DNA of 64,000 bases from Utricularia gibba (Eukaryota > Plantae > Magnoliophyta), in NCBI GenBank assembly GCA_002189035.1, contig NEEC01000007.1, positions 620,001 through 684,000 on the forward strand, written 5' to 3'. The notes under the pieces were generated by a model. The model saw nothing but the letters and a program-made list of their open reading frames with translations, did not search any database and was not told the DNA's origin. Position 1 is the stretch's first letter, and each line of letters opens with the position of its first letter. A program made the translations under genes and the position numbers. This document shows, in pieces, positions 1-13,180 of this stretch.

Positions 1-872
<872 letters not shown>

Positions 873-1247
873 CTGGATGCATAGTCAGTCTCAGGCACAG
901 CTCCACAGAATTACAACAATAGTAATCTCTACACAGAAAATGTACTCCCTCTAACGAGCGGGGTACCTTAGGTTTGTCGTCTATCTTCGGTAGACTAGAA
1001 TGCTACTTGAATAGCTTCAACAATTAAGTACAAAAGTAGCTGCTGATTTGTTGCCGTACCTTTTCAAATATATATTAATAAGAACCGGTGTGGCAGAGGC
1101 GAAACCAGAGGTCAACCCTCTATTCCGGTGGGCCGGAGACGAGCTCTTGATAGCTCGCCCGTGCCGCTGACCTTCCCAAAGGAAAAAAAATTTGTGTACT
1201 TGTGAAATGACGATAAGGTACTCGATAAAGGTCATTAAATTTTAAAT

Positions 1248-2079
1248 TTAAAAATTGTTTTTTAATTCACAATGTTTTAATTATTTTCATTTTACAGTAA
1301 AATATTTTAATTTATGCAAAATACAGTCAATAAATTCAGTCAATAAGTTTATCAATAAATTCAATTTATGTCATATCAGTTAAAAACTATTTTAAAAATT
1401 TTTAAAATTTGAGATAAATATTTTTAAATAGAATTAAAATTTAATATACATTTTTAAAAAATATTATACAGTTATTAAAAATTATGAAAAAAATACTAAA
1501 AAATTATGAAAAATTATTACAATTTTTTCTAGTTTCATTTATTATAATTTACTACAAAATGGTATTATAGAAATAATAATTCTATATACAAAACTTCTTT
1601 TATCTCTTCGTATTTCAATTTTAATCAAAGATATTTATGCAAATTTAAGTATCAAAATGAAAGGTTTGTTAGTATCTGTGATATAGTTGGTGTAATCGAA
1701 GAAGAAACATATGAGAATGACGTAGTACTTTAGAGAAAGTATAAGAATGCATTATCTATGTTCACGTATTACTATTAAGATGTTTAAATCTAAAAAAAAT
1801 TAGATAATGTAAGTATCATAGAAGAAATATTAAAAATTGAGAAAAATAATTTTTAAAAATTTAAAATATTTATAAAAATATATATTGAATTTTAGTTATA
1901 TTTAAAAATATATATATCAAATTATAAAAATTTTTAAAATATTTTTTGACCGAAATGCCATAAATTGAATTTATTTGTAAACTTTTTAACCGAATTTTAC
2001 ACAAGTTAAAGTATTTGACTTTAAAATAAAAATGACTTAAACATTGTGACTTAAAAAATGATTTTTTTCCAATTTTAAA
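1248..2079. mobile_element. Non-autonomous fold-back/MULE-like element with ~235-bp imperfect terminal inverted repeats
   Basis: 1248-1485 aligns by eye to the reverse complement of 1846-2079 (ttttttaattcacaatgttttaa vs ttttttaagtcacaatgtttaag; aataaattcaatttatgtcat vs aataaattcaatttatggcat). Spacer about 360 bp. No clear TSD and no transposase. Confidence 0.6.
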
Positions 2080-2663
2080 CACGAATTATAAACTTCAAAT
2101 TGAGAAAGTGAATATTCAAAATATGAATAAAAGGATCAAAAATCTCGGTGCTTTGACTTTCACCGTTACGGAGAGATTACGGTAAACTATAAATATTATT
2201 GTTTTTACTTCCATAAGGTGCGGTAAATAGTTTCAAATTATAAATAGGAGGAGGCAGGCATCTTGTATCTATCCCGTAGTCGGTTTGGTAAATATTCGGT
2301 TCGGTGGTTTCGGGATTCGAGGCTTCGTTTTTTCTTTCTTTCGGATTCTGTTTCGTCTTCGAAGAATTCGGTATGCCGTTTTTCTCATGGGGCATTGTGT
2401 TTATTCGTTGGTCTGATGCCCGAATTTGGCTTCTCAGATGTTCTTGATGTTGTTGTGGAAGATGGTGCGGTTTTGTTCTGTATGTTTGGTAGATTCTTTG
2501 ATTCAAATTCTGAGAATGGAACTCTTTGTTGCGGTTTCCGTGAATGCAGTGATGATTAAGACACTCAAAATTTCAATTGGAATTAGGTTAATTCTTTATG
2601 TAAATGTATTCTCTTTTGTTAAAATACGTGGTTTTTCTTGTTGTTGTTTGTGTATGCAGTTTT

Positions 2664-5600
2664 ATGCTGAGGTTAGTGACGGGTGCTGAGGTGGATCAAT
2701 ATATTCGCTCCTTACCGAGGGATAACATGAAGAGACAGAGGTCTCTACCTGCAAGGAATACGAGGCTGGTCGTTGTTTCAGATGATGAGGGAGACAATGC
2801 GTTGGTTAGAACATATTCAAGTTTGATAGAATCGCCACTAGAAGGAAGTGGTCATCTAACGAACTCAATGAAGAGCATTCATAGTAATGAGAAGGGAAAT
2901 GATATGGTTCCGTTTCCAGATGAATCTGTTTGTTTGAAGAAGAATTTCAGCGCAGGAGGTCATTGCAGGACTATGGAGGAGTTGTGCAAACCTGAAGGGC
3001 TGTTGAATGATCGAAAAGCTGTCTCAAAAATTAAAACTTTACCTGAAAAAAGACAGATGGAAGCCTCCGCAAGGTCAATCAAGAAGGAGATGTCTAGAAC
3101 TAAAACCCAAGTTTTGAGGAAGAGAAGAGGACGTGACAGTGACGAAGATTGGGATGAGACAAATCAAAAAATGAGACCAGCTGCGACTAGCCCTTGCAAA
3201 AAGAGAAAAGAAAATGATTGCATGTCCTTAAAAAGAAGTCGTGTTGCTTCGGTTAGGTTCACGGATGCTAACTTTTATGTAGGTGACTGGGTTGATGAAG
3301 AAGAAGAAGGGGTTTCGCATACAGAAAAAAGCAAGCAAAGACGTGGTCCATTCATCGTATCAGAAACAGAGTATTCTTATAATGCCAATAAAACTCTGAT
3401 AGTCTATAAGAGGAAATCTACCTGTTTCAACTCACATTCAATTTCTCTGTTGCCGTCTACACCATCCTCCTGTTCAAGAAGAATACAAAATGGCAGAAAA
3501 CCGAGGTCTATCCCAATGTTGAAAGGAAGGTAGGCATCCTTCGAACTTTATCTGTGGGCATCTTCTGTTTTGTTTTTCTTGTTGACATTATCCATTTATC
3601 AGAAACAGGTGAATATGAAGCAGTCAGGAAACTGTCATCAGTGTCAGAAATCACACAAAAGAATTGTTGTTCCATGTAAACAATGCGAGAAGCTATACTG
3701 TCTCAACTGTATCAGGCAATGGTTCGTGTTCTAAACCAGCCACATTTTCTTTTTTTAGCAATTTTTGCCAGTAGTCTTTCTCGATGGGTAAGAAGTCTAT
3801 TGTTACTATCATAATCCCCCATTGAAAGCTAATTTCCGCCGCTCGTTTCCATAGGTATCCATCATCATCAGCAGTCGAAATTTCAAACTGTTGCCCTTAC
3901 TGCCGTGGTAATTGCAACTGTTCCTCGTGTTTGCATTCAGCAGACAATCTGAAGGTTTGAATGTTCCGAAACATATCCTTATTATTATTCAGTTCCTTGT
4001 TTTTATTTCATCTGTATTTCTTTTCAGACATTTAAGAGGGAAATGAATGATGACGAGAAGATTCAGCATCTCAAGTATTTCATACACAAACTTTTCCCGT
4101 ACCTTAAAAACATCCATGAAGAACAGGTTGAGGAGATTGAGAAAGAGGCCAAAGTTCTTGGTATGAAATTTTTTAGATAATATCAAGTATTTGACATGCG
4201 TCTTCCTACTCCAATGACGGATTTGTGACAGGGGTATCGTCGTCTTCTGTGGTGGTAAAACAAGGAATTTGCCACGAGAGTGAGCGAGTATATTGGTGAG
4301 TGAATGGATATTTAACCTTTAACCACTGTCTTTTTCGCGGCTTTCTGATTTGAAACTTTATCTGCCTAACGCGTGGTGCAGCAACCGCTGCTCAACTTCA
4401 ATTTTCGATCTGCATCGAAGTTGCCCAGATTGCTATTATGAACTCTGTCTTGGATGTTTCTGGGAGATCCATGAATGTCAACTTCCAGAAGTTCACCACA
4501 AAGATAGTTCGGAATATGTGTTCAAGGGATTTGATTATATGCATGGGGGAGATCCCTTGACAGAATCTTGTCATGAGTGCCCAGATGGAGTTTTTGAATT
4601 GGCTGGCGGGACGTTTTCTGTCAAAGATGGGTGCATATTTTGCCCTCCCCTCAAATGGGTGCATGTGGCAGCTGCAAATTGGAGCTCAAGCGTCTTCTTC
4701 CAGTGAACTGGATTTCAGGTTTAAAGAAACAAACTGAGAAAAAAATGAGCAGATCTAAAACTCTCACCATGGACTGCCAACCTTCACTCGGCTGCAGTGA
4801 CTGCCCAACGTCGCTCAAGGCAGCTTCTAGGAAAGGCTCAAAGGATAACCATTTATATTGCCCTAATTCAGTGGAAATCCTGCAGGATGAAGAGTTGCAT
4901 TTCCGTAGCCACTGGGCCAAGGGTGAGCCTGTAATTATCAAAGATACCCTTCAGCAGTCATCTGGGTTAAGCTGGGAACCCATGGTTATGTGGCGTGCTT
5001 TATCTGAGCATGCAAATGCAAAAGGAAATTCAAGGACGTCTGACTTGAAGGCTGTGGAATGCTTGTCTTGTTGTGAGGTTAGTTCCATATTTTTTTTCTA
5101 AACAGAAGGCTCTCAAAATCTTGAATGCAGAGTAATGTTTGCTAGGGTTTAGGAGACCTCAGAGTATACCCTGACTTGTTGTTGGATTACACAGGTTGAA
5201 ATTACTACACGACAGTTCTTCAAAGGTTACACGGAAGGGAGACAATACGCAAATTATTGGCCTGAGATGCTTAAACTCAAAGACTGGCCTCCACATGACA
5301 AATTTGAGAATTTGCTTCCTCGACATTGTGAGGAGTTCATCCGTGCTCTGCCCTTTCAGGAATACACGGATCCGAGATCTGGTTTTCTTAATGCTGCTGC
5401 AAGGTTACCTAAGAATATCAACAAACCTGATTTGGGTCCTAAAACATATATTGCTTATGGCTTCAAGGAGGAACTTGGGAGAGGAGATTCCGTCACAAAG
5501 CTTCACTGCGACTTGGCTGATGCGGTACGCAACCTAAACTCTCACTCTTCTTTTTGTTTTCATAACCTGGCAATGCAGTTCTTTCCCATATTTTTCCCTT

Positions 5601-8350
5601 GCTGTGTCTCTGTTAATGAGACCCTCATTGGCATCATTCTGGGGTAGTCATGACTCGTAACGATAGATGCCTTATACCCACACTCAACTCCTTAGGAATT
5701 AGCATCCCAACCTTTATTCACCATCAGCCTCGATACACCTACCATCACTATATAGTTCTATATGTGTGTATGAAAACAAGTTCAAGAACACGTGTAGAAC
5801 CCACTGTCACATTCCCACCTTAGAAAACCCGAGGCATCGAATCATGGCCAGAAATTGATGACCCTTGTAGTTCTATCTCTTATCCCTGCCCAACCATGCA
5901 GTTTCTTTCAACTTCCTTCCAAAACAACTCACCTTCGAGATTGGATACAAAAGTCCTTTAAGGTAGTGTGTGCAATAGAGCCTTGCCTAAGAGATCTAGT
6001 GCTATGTACCCATGCATTTGCATGCTCTTTTTCCAAAGGTTTCCAAAAGCCAGAGCCTTTGAGCTGGTCAACGATCAGGTAGAACCATGATCATGAACTT
6101 GATACACGATTTGGAAAATATCGCATAGTCCTCGATTTCGGACTCGATTTCGGATTGGGATCTTCTTAAAAATTGCTGAATGCTTTTGGCTAAAAATCAT
6201 GTCAAAGGGAAATATGGATCCTTGTGGTGGGTGATTGGTTTCATGGAAATCTCCATGAATCCCCCAATAAGGAGCAAAACTTGTGCTCCTACTTCCAATG
6301 AAGTAGTCGCTATGTGATGATACCTTGCTCTTTCAAGGCATTCATCATGTTAATAGCGAAACATACCTCCCCTATGTGGGAGAGAACCTTATCCCCACTT
6401 GCTATCAAAACCAAGCGACTTCACTTCAATACAATGCTGATAGGGAGAGAGAGAAAGTACATGATTTAGGTTGAGTTATCAATTCAGCTCATTAGCTACT
6501 CCATTTTCTATCAAAGAAAATACATTGGCATCAATTCCATGTTGATAGATTTGATTGTTCCTATCATGAATCATTGTGTTATCAAACTCATTGAAATGTG
6601 GTTCATGTATGAACTTATCTTATGTTCTATGAATACGATTGTCGAACTCATGGATTAATCGATCGATTTTTCGAAATGGATGTCAAATTGATGATGAATC
6701 CATTGAATGGATTAAGCGATAAACTAAAGTCGCTTAATTGCTTATCCCCAATTCGATTTATCAGTTTGTCAACTAGGCTTGGTTCCCCTAGTTTGGACAC
6801 AAACAAGTTATTTGCCAACTTCATTCCAACTCCTTGGTTGTAGAGATGGGAAATGAATCCTACTAACTTAAATAGGTGTGATTGGAAAATGTAACCTATA
6901 TTTATTTCATATAATTTTTCGATGATTTTGAGAGAATGAAAATTGATATTCCGCAAATTTTTAAAAATATTAAATATTTATAAATTTTTGAGTTTTTTGA
7001 AATAGAACTCATTCATATTTGATGGAAAAATTATTATTAGGACACATATTTCGAACAAAACGCTAATGATATAGCAGTCTATTACTAATTGTTTAAACAA
7101 TTAAATAAATTGATTTCTCATATTTATTTTTATTGGTAAATTGTAAATTATAATTTTTTTAATAATTAGAATGAGCATTCAATTTATTTGAATTATTTAA
7201 AAACATTTTGATATCCTAAATATTTAATTTTGTCTGCCACTTGGCCAGTAAATGTGTACGCTAAAAATTTATATGAATACATTTAATTGGGATATTATTT
7301 AGGGCATTGATTGTGTATCTTCAAAATTGCAGGTGAATATCTTGACTCACACGGCGGAAGTTTCCCTGACTGAGAGCCAGCGGCGAGCCATTCCTTCCCT
7401 GAAACAAAGGCATAGAGCTCAGGATGAACTTGAGCGCAAGGCCAGAGAAGAATCTCTGGACAGCCCTCGAAAATCCGACGGAGAAGAGGATCAAGATAAG
7501 GGAAGTGCAGCTGAGACAGATGGACCGTCGTCTCCGCATGCGTCGGAAGAGTGTGCCCAAGATAGAGACGGCGGCGCGTTGTGGGATATTTTCAGGCGGG
7601 AAGATGTTCCGAAGTTGAAGGAGTATCTCATCAAGCACGCTCATGAATTCAGACACACATACTGCTGTCCAGTAGATGAGGTAGCCTCCTCGAATAACTG
7701 ATCCTCAACAACTAATTTGGTTTTTCAGTACGCTGCTGGTGATCTGTTGCTCCCTTTCTTCAGGTCGTTCACCCCATTCACGATCAGTCCTTCTACCTGA
7801 CAATGGAGCACAAAACTAAACTGAAGAAAGAATACGGTGAGTCTGCACTAGTTAAGAGTCGCTCTCCAGTGTCACATTTATGTGAGTTTTCTGCATTGTC
7901 ATCCAGGAATAGAGCCTTGGACATTTGAGCAGAAACTTGGCGAGGCAGTTTTTATTCCAGCAGGCTGTCCACACCAAGTGAGGAATCTGAAAGTATGTGA
8001 TCAGTTTTCTAGATTTCATGGCCATGATCACAACTCGGATGATGCTCATCTTCTCCCCATCTTTCCTATGCAGTCATGCACAAAAGTCGCCCTCGACTTC
8101 GTTTCTCCTGAAAGCATACATGAGTGCTTGAAAATGACAGAGGAACTCAGAAAACTACCAAGGGATCACAGAGCCAAAGAAGACAAGTTGGAGGTAATGT
8201 GCTGCAGCTCTTTCAGGGGGGGGAACCTCATTGATTGCTTACCTATTTGCACGGATTGCTCAGGTGAAGAAGATGATCCTTCATGCCATTAACCAAGCGG
8301 TTGAAGAAATGGAACAACTGATACCAAGCGGCCTGGACGACCATGAATAG
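2664..8350 (+). CDS. KDM3-type JmjC histone H3K9 demethylase (JMJ26/JMJ29-like) with RING-like zinc finger
   Basis: Motifs CHQCQ...Cxx[58 protein letters not shown]|[30 protein letters not shown]|[13 protein letters not shown]. Fe ligands HxD...H are intact. One-base frameshift in the C-run at 4647-4650. Start codon uncertain. Confidence 0.93.
5650..6900 (-). mobile_element. Possible degenerate Ty3/gypsy-like retroelement remnant inside the JmjC intron
   Basis: Non-AT-rich, non-genic segment within a 1.8-kb intron. Minus-strand translation near 6200-6350 ([21 protein letters not shown]...KDPY) weakly resembles the gypsy integrase C-terminal EVGQxVLL...GPF region. No LTRs identified. Confidence 0.3.
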
Positions 8351-8981
8351 CAGTCATACAAAACTGCTGACACCAGCATTCCCCTATCTCCCTCTGTTGA
8401 AAAAGGCTTAGCCACGATAGTTCTCTCCTGGTTTTACAGGCAGTAGTCATTCTCCATGTCATGCCCTTCTCCTTGAGAAGAAGAGTGCCTTCCTAAACAG
8501 CCCGTTTTAGTGCAACCCGACCCGACCCATTGACATCCTACCGTTTAGTCATTCTCCTCTCAAATCAGAATAATTGGGGTTTCGGTATTGACATCATACG
8601 GGGAAATGTCTGCTCCCTTATTGCTTGCAAGATCCCATCCCTAAAGTCTATGATTTTGCATTTTTTTCCAGATTAAGTTAATGAAAAAAAAGAAATTGAC
8701 TTAAATAGTAGTTAATGAATTCGTTGATGCCTGTGAGGCTGAGGCTGAGGCATCTTCTGGTGTGCTTGGAACTTTCGAAGTGAACTTTGGCATCTGCCGT
8801 TGAAACCACAAGAAAACTGAAGAAAAGCCTCTGAAAAAGCACCTCTCTCCCTCCATCTCTATCACGAACAACACGGGATGTCTCTGAAATTTCTTCTTCC
8901 TCTCCCGAAACAAGGGATTCAAATGCTTGTTTGCAGTCCTGTTTAGCACTTCCACATACCTTGTGTCACCAGATCAGCGCC

Positions 8982-9077
8982 ATGGTTTTGAATCAGTTCA
9001 TGTACTTCCTGAGATCAGTGCATACGTTCAGGAGGAGAAGCATGCGTTGTGATCATCCTGTCTTCTGCGTCTGTTGA
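8982..9077 (+). other. Candidate upstream ORF (31 aa) ahead of HT1
   Basis: gccATGG context; MVLNQFMYFLRSVHTFRRRSMRCDHPVFCVC*; ends 18 nt before the HT1 ATG at 9096. Inclusion in the mRNA is not shown. Confidence 0.35.
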
Positions 9078-9095
9078 CCTGATCCATTTGAAGGA

Positions 9096-10425
9096 ATGCC
9101 ATTTCTGTGCTTTGACCCCTTTTGGATGCGGAGAGGGAAGAGGAAATATTCTCCCTCGTTCTCAGGCATACCTTCATCTTCAGCACCATGCCTAGGTTCC
9201 AGTTCCGGTGGCAATCACGGCATGGAAGGCAAGAGAATCGATAGCCTTGAATCATGGTCCATGATACTGGATGAAACTTGGGATGCAGCAAAGGATGATG
9301 ATGAGGAATGGACAGCAGACCTTTCTCAGCTGTTCATTGGCAACAAATTCGCTTCTGGGGCGCACAGCAGAATCTACAGAGGCATTTACAAACAGCGAGC
9401 TGTAGCTGTGAAGATGGTCAGAATTCCGACTCACAACCGGGAGAAAGGAGCTTTGCTAGAGCAGCAATTCAGGCGGGAAGTAGCTCTCCTTTCTTGCCTC
9501 TCGCATCCCAACATTGTGCAGGTACGATTTCAGAGCAGCAAGAACCAATCTCAGGATAAGAACATGGAAAAATTCAATCTAACCGCAAGAATGCTCTTTT
9601 CGTTCTCCCAGTTCATTGGAGCATGTAAAAGGCCACCAGCTTACTGCATCATAACGGAATACATGTCTCAGGGGAACTTGAGAATGTACCTCAACATGAA
9701 GGAGCCATATTCACTTTCAACAGAAACCATTTTGCGACTGGCCCTCGATATTTCCAGAGGAATGGAGTATCTGCATTCGCAGGGTGTGATCCACAGAGAT
9801 CTTAAATCAACGAACTTGCTGCTCAACGATGAGATGCGTGTCAAAGTCGCCGATTTCGGGACATCTTGCTTGGAAACTGAACTGCGTGAAGCCAAAGGAA
9901 ACAAAGGGACGTACCGATGGATGGCGCCGGAGATGATCAAAGAGCGGCCATACGATCGGAAGGTCGATGTGCACAGCTTCGGGATAGTGCTATGGGAGCT
10001 GACCACCGCGTTATTGCCGTTTCAGGGGATGACTCCGGTACAGGCTGCCTTTGCAGTCTCCGAAAAGGTCATCGTTGCAAATTAGGGTTAACTTCAGGAA
10101 CTTCCCCTTTTGATTTCGAGATGAAATCCATTACGTAATCATCCATCGTTGTCTGATTTCCCATTGAACTGTCGATTCTCATCGAAAATTATCGCAGAAA
10201 GAGCGGCCTCCGGTGCCAGCAAGCTGCCCACCGACGATTTCCCACCTGATAAAACGGTGCTGGGCGGTGAGCCCAAGGAAACGGCCGGACTTCAGCGAAA
10301 TTGTGGCTAAGCTGGAACAATCCGATCGTAGTTTAAAAGAAGGGCTCAATCCGACGATTACCGGCGGCAAAGCCGCAGTGGAACGATTGAAGAGCTGCAT
10401 CTCCATTGCTTCGTCTTCAATGTAA
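9096..10425 (+). CDS. HT1: Raf-like protein kinase HT1 (stomatal CO2 signalling)
   Basis: Exons 9096-9521, 9612-10067, 10198-10425. WTADLSQLFIGNKFASGAHSRIYRGIYKQRAVAVKMV, HRDLKSTN, DFG and GTYRWMAPE are near-identical to recalled Arabidopsis HT1, including the MxxLCFxPF N-terminal extension. Confidence 0.93.
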
Positions 10426-10601
10426 CTGTATGATAGTAAATATCCAATTAATATAACTTGATTGATGGTTTCCATAACCGGAGAAGATGAAGACGATAAA
10501 AAAGCTTGACATTTTCATGTAGGGGAAGAACAGAACAGCGGAATTCATGCTGTTCTTTATCTGCAAGAAAAATGAAAAAACCCAATGATCCATCTTCATC
10601 T

Positions 10602-11134
10602 TCAACCCCATATCTTCGCACCTAGAAAACTCAAAAATTTTCTCACAGGCCCCTTGTACATTTCCCCTTTATCGGAAACTTCTTCCAGTTCCACCGCCGC
10701 CACGTCGCCGGAGCTGGTTTCATTATTAGCCTCCACAGCTACAACATTCTCCACCTCCCAGGAACAATCGCCACTTCATTCAGGATCTTCCATCGCGGCC
10801 TCTCCTTCCCGTTATCTCGCTTACTCAAATTCTCCTCATAAGCGTCGATTATTTGGTGTATGACTAAACTATCAGGCGAAGAATCCCATTTCACCCAGTA
10901 ACTCATGTAACACCGGAAGCAATCGCAGTTAAAAGACGAAGGATGGTCAGCCGGACGCTGTCCAGCGCCAGAATCCGCCGATGAGCAACAAATTAGGTAC
11001 GCCAACACTTCTCTGTCCGCGACCGAGAGCCCCGACGCCAAAGCAAACATCGTCGCCGGCAAAAGTCTCAGGAGGCGGTCGTAAACCGCCGACGGCGTGG
11101 GATGGACGGCGCTTTTCCGGTAAAGCTTCCTCAT
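10602..11134 (-). CDS. Conserved plant protein of unknown function (At1g12020/At1g62422-like)
   Basis: MRKLYRKSAVHPTP...DREVLAYLI...FNCDCFRCYMSYWVKWDSSP...IHQIIDAYEE. The family C-terminus KGPVRKFLSFLGAKIWG* is reached after a one-base frameshift near 10775. Confidence 0.85.
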
Positions 11135-11666
11135 TGTCTGAAGCTGAAAGACCCTTCATTAGGTTAGATATTTCTAAGAACATTTTAAACCGTGCACGAG
11201 CGGGATTTTCGTGTGCAATGCGGCGCTGGTGTTGGTGTGGACGCATCGATTAGTGCGAAAGATGAGATTTGATTGGTCGAGGAGACGAAAGGACGAAAAG
11301 ACGCCTCTTTTTTCAAAAAGCTTTTGGGCTTATATTGAGTTTATGTGAGCCTAACATTGGGCTCAGCCCATTTAAATAGAAATAAAACAATCAATAAAAA
11401 ATCATTTATATTGTATTTAATATATTTCATTAAACTTCTAACAAAAATCAATTTATCAATAAATAAATTTTCCTAGTCAATGAAGTTTTACCTCTTTTTT
11501 TTCTTTTATTCGAATTATATTAATCAAATGCAATAGCATATTAAACGTATAATTCATAGTTATTTAAATATATTATTAATTAAATTAAACATACTTGATC
11601 AAAAATAGTACTAGAATACGTGACATCATTAATTAAACTATTTTATCAATCTCCAACTCAAAGGAA

Positions 11667-13180
11667 TTAGTTAACTTTATCAAGCTGTGATTTGATCCAG
11701 GACTGCAGATTTTGGAGCTCTTGGTTGGTGATAGAGTGCCCAACACCAGGGTATGCCTGGTGAAAATCAAACCAAGGGATGAGGAATCATTAGTTCTTTG
11801 TGATCGACCTCGATTAATCTATGACTCGAATCGCATCGATCCGAAAGCTTGAGAGTGGCTGGGATGATTTGTAGTAGTAGTAAGTACCTTGAATTCACAT
11901 CTTACACCAGCGTTTTGGAGGAGGGGAGGACCAGCTTGTCCAGCTTCGAACAGCACCGTTCTGTCAGCCACTCCATGAGACCAGAGAAGGGGAGTCTGCA
12001 AACATGGAGCCAAGCTTCAGATCCCATTTTATGTCTGAACTGAGGCTTTCAACTGCTTGTATGAATGAAAAGATCTTGAAACAATGAACGGTTCATGATC
12101 AAGAACCAAATCAACAGACAACTGCTACTTATGCATCTGAGCTGTTGGATCCAGGTGTTCACAGTGTTCAGCATTGTATGAACAAGGAGATGAAACCAGA
12201 AGGAGGAAAAGAACCTTCTTCGCATCAGGTGTGATGAGTTCAAAGAGTGAAGAGTTGGATGCAAAGGGAACCCATCCACTGAACACTGCACCTCCACCAA
12301 GAGTTTTGGGGTACAAAAGAACGCTTGCCAGAGTCAAGGCGCCTGAAGAACAGGATTCAGAAGCACCCCACAGCATCAGCTGCGTATCCAAAGCAATGAA
12401 ATGAGGAGGATCAAGAAGTGTGTATGTACCGTACCTCCCTGGCTGAAGCCACATACGAAGATGTTCTTCGGATTGGTACCCTCTGCTATCTCTTTGTCAA
12501 TCATGGCATGGACATTCTGCACTGCTTTCAGTAAGCTTCCTTCATCATTTGGGGATTGCTGTTGAAGCATAGCACGAATTGGGAGTTCTCATCAAGCATA
12601 CAATATGGAAGGAGAAATGAAAAACGATGACTCCAGGGCAAGAAAGTGAAAGTGGGAAGTTGAGAGCTCACGGGTGTGAATGGTAATTCGTAAATGTCGA
12701 ACCAGGAAGGCATTACACCACCATCTGCAGCAGAAACCAGAAAGTCAACTTCTGTAACGAAGGATTGGGTTGAAGCAAAACCCAGAATCAAAACCTAGCA
12801 TACGAAATCCCGTCGATTCAAAAAAAAAAAGAAAATCAAAAGCACGATTCGCGGTACGCAGTTGCAATCAACCACCGAGACTCACGATTGCAAGTGACGG
12901 GGTTCCTCGGAGCCGAAGGGAAGGACCATTTGGTGTTATTGAACGCCGGGGAAGTAAAAACCCTCTTAATCGGCTCGTTGGCAGGCCCCGAGTCGCCCAG
13001 TCCATGCAGCCATAAAATAAAGCTTCTGGCCATTGGATCCTCGACTCGCCGGTGGAAAAATAGCGCGTAGATGGTGAGGTTGAGGACGAGAAAAATGAAC
13101 ACTGCGTACTTCGTCGATAGCCCGGTGGTGTTCCTGATCGCCGTTTCGTGTTGGGTCGAAGGGATAGTCAGTCTAGCCAT
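11667..13180 (-). CDS. SOBER1/TIPSY1-like carboxylesterase (acyl-protein thioesterase fold) with N-terminal hydrophobic segment
   Basis: Six exons: MARSFILWLHGLGDSGPANEPI, MPSWFDIYELPF, GFSQG|GALTLASVLLYPKTLGGGAVFSGW, TPLLWSHGVADRTV, AYPGVGHSI. Ser-Asp-His triad intact. N-terminal stretch AVFIFLVLNLTIYALFF. Confidence 0.9.

Noticed and set aside
1084-1130. tRNA/SINE-like A- and B-box resemblance (tggcagagg; ggtcaaccc)
   Set aside because: Only about 46 nt, both boxes mismatched, and no cloverleaf can be built.
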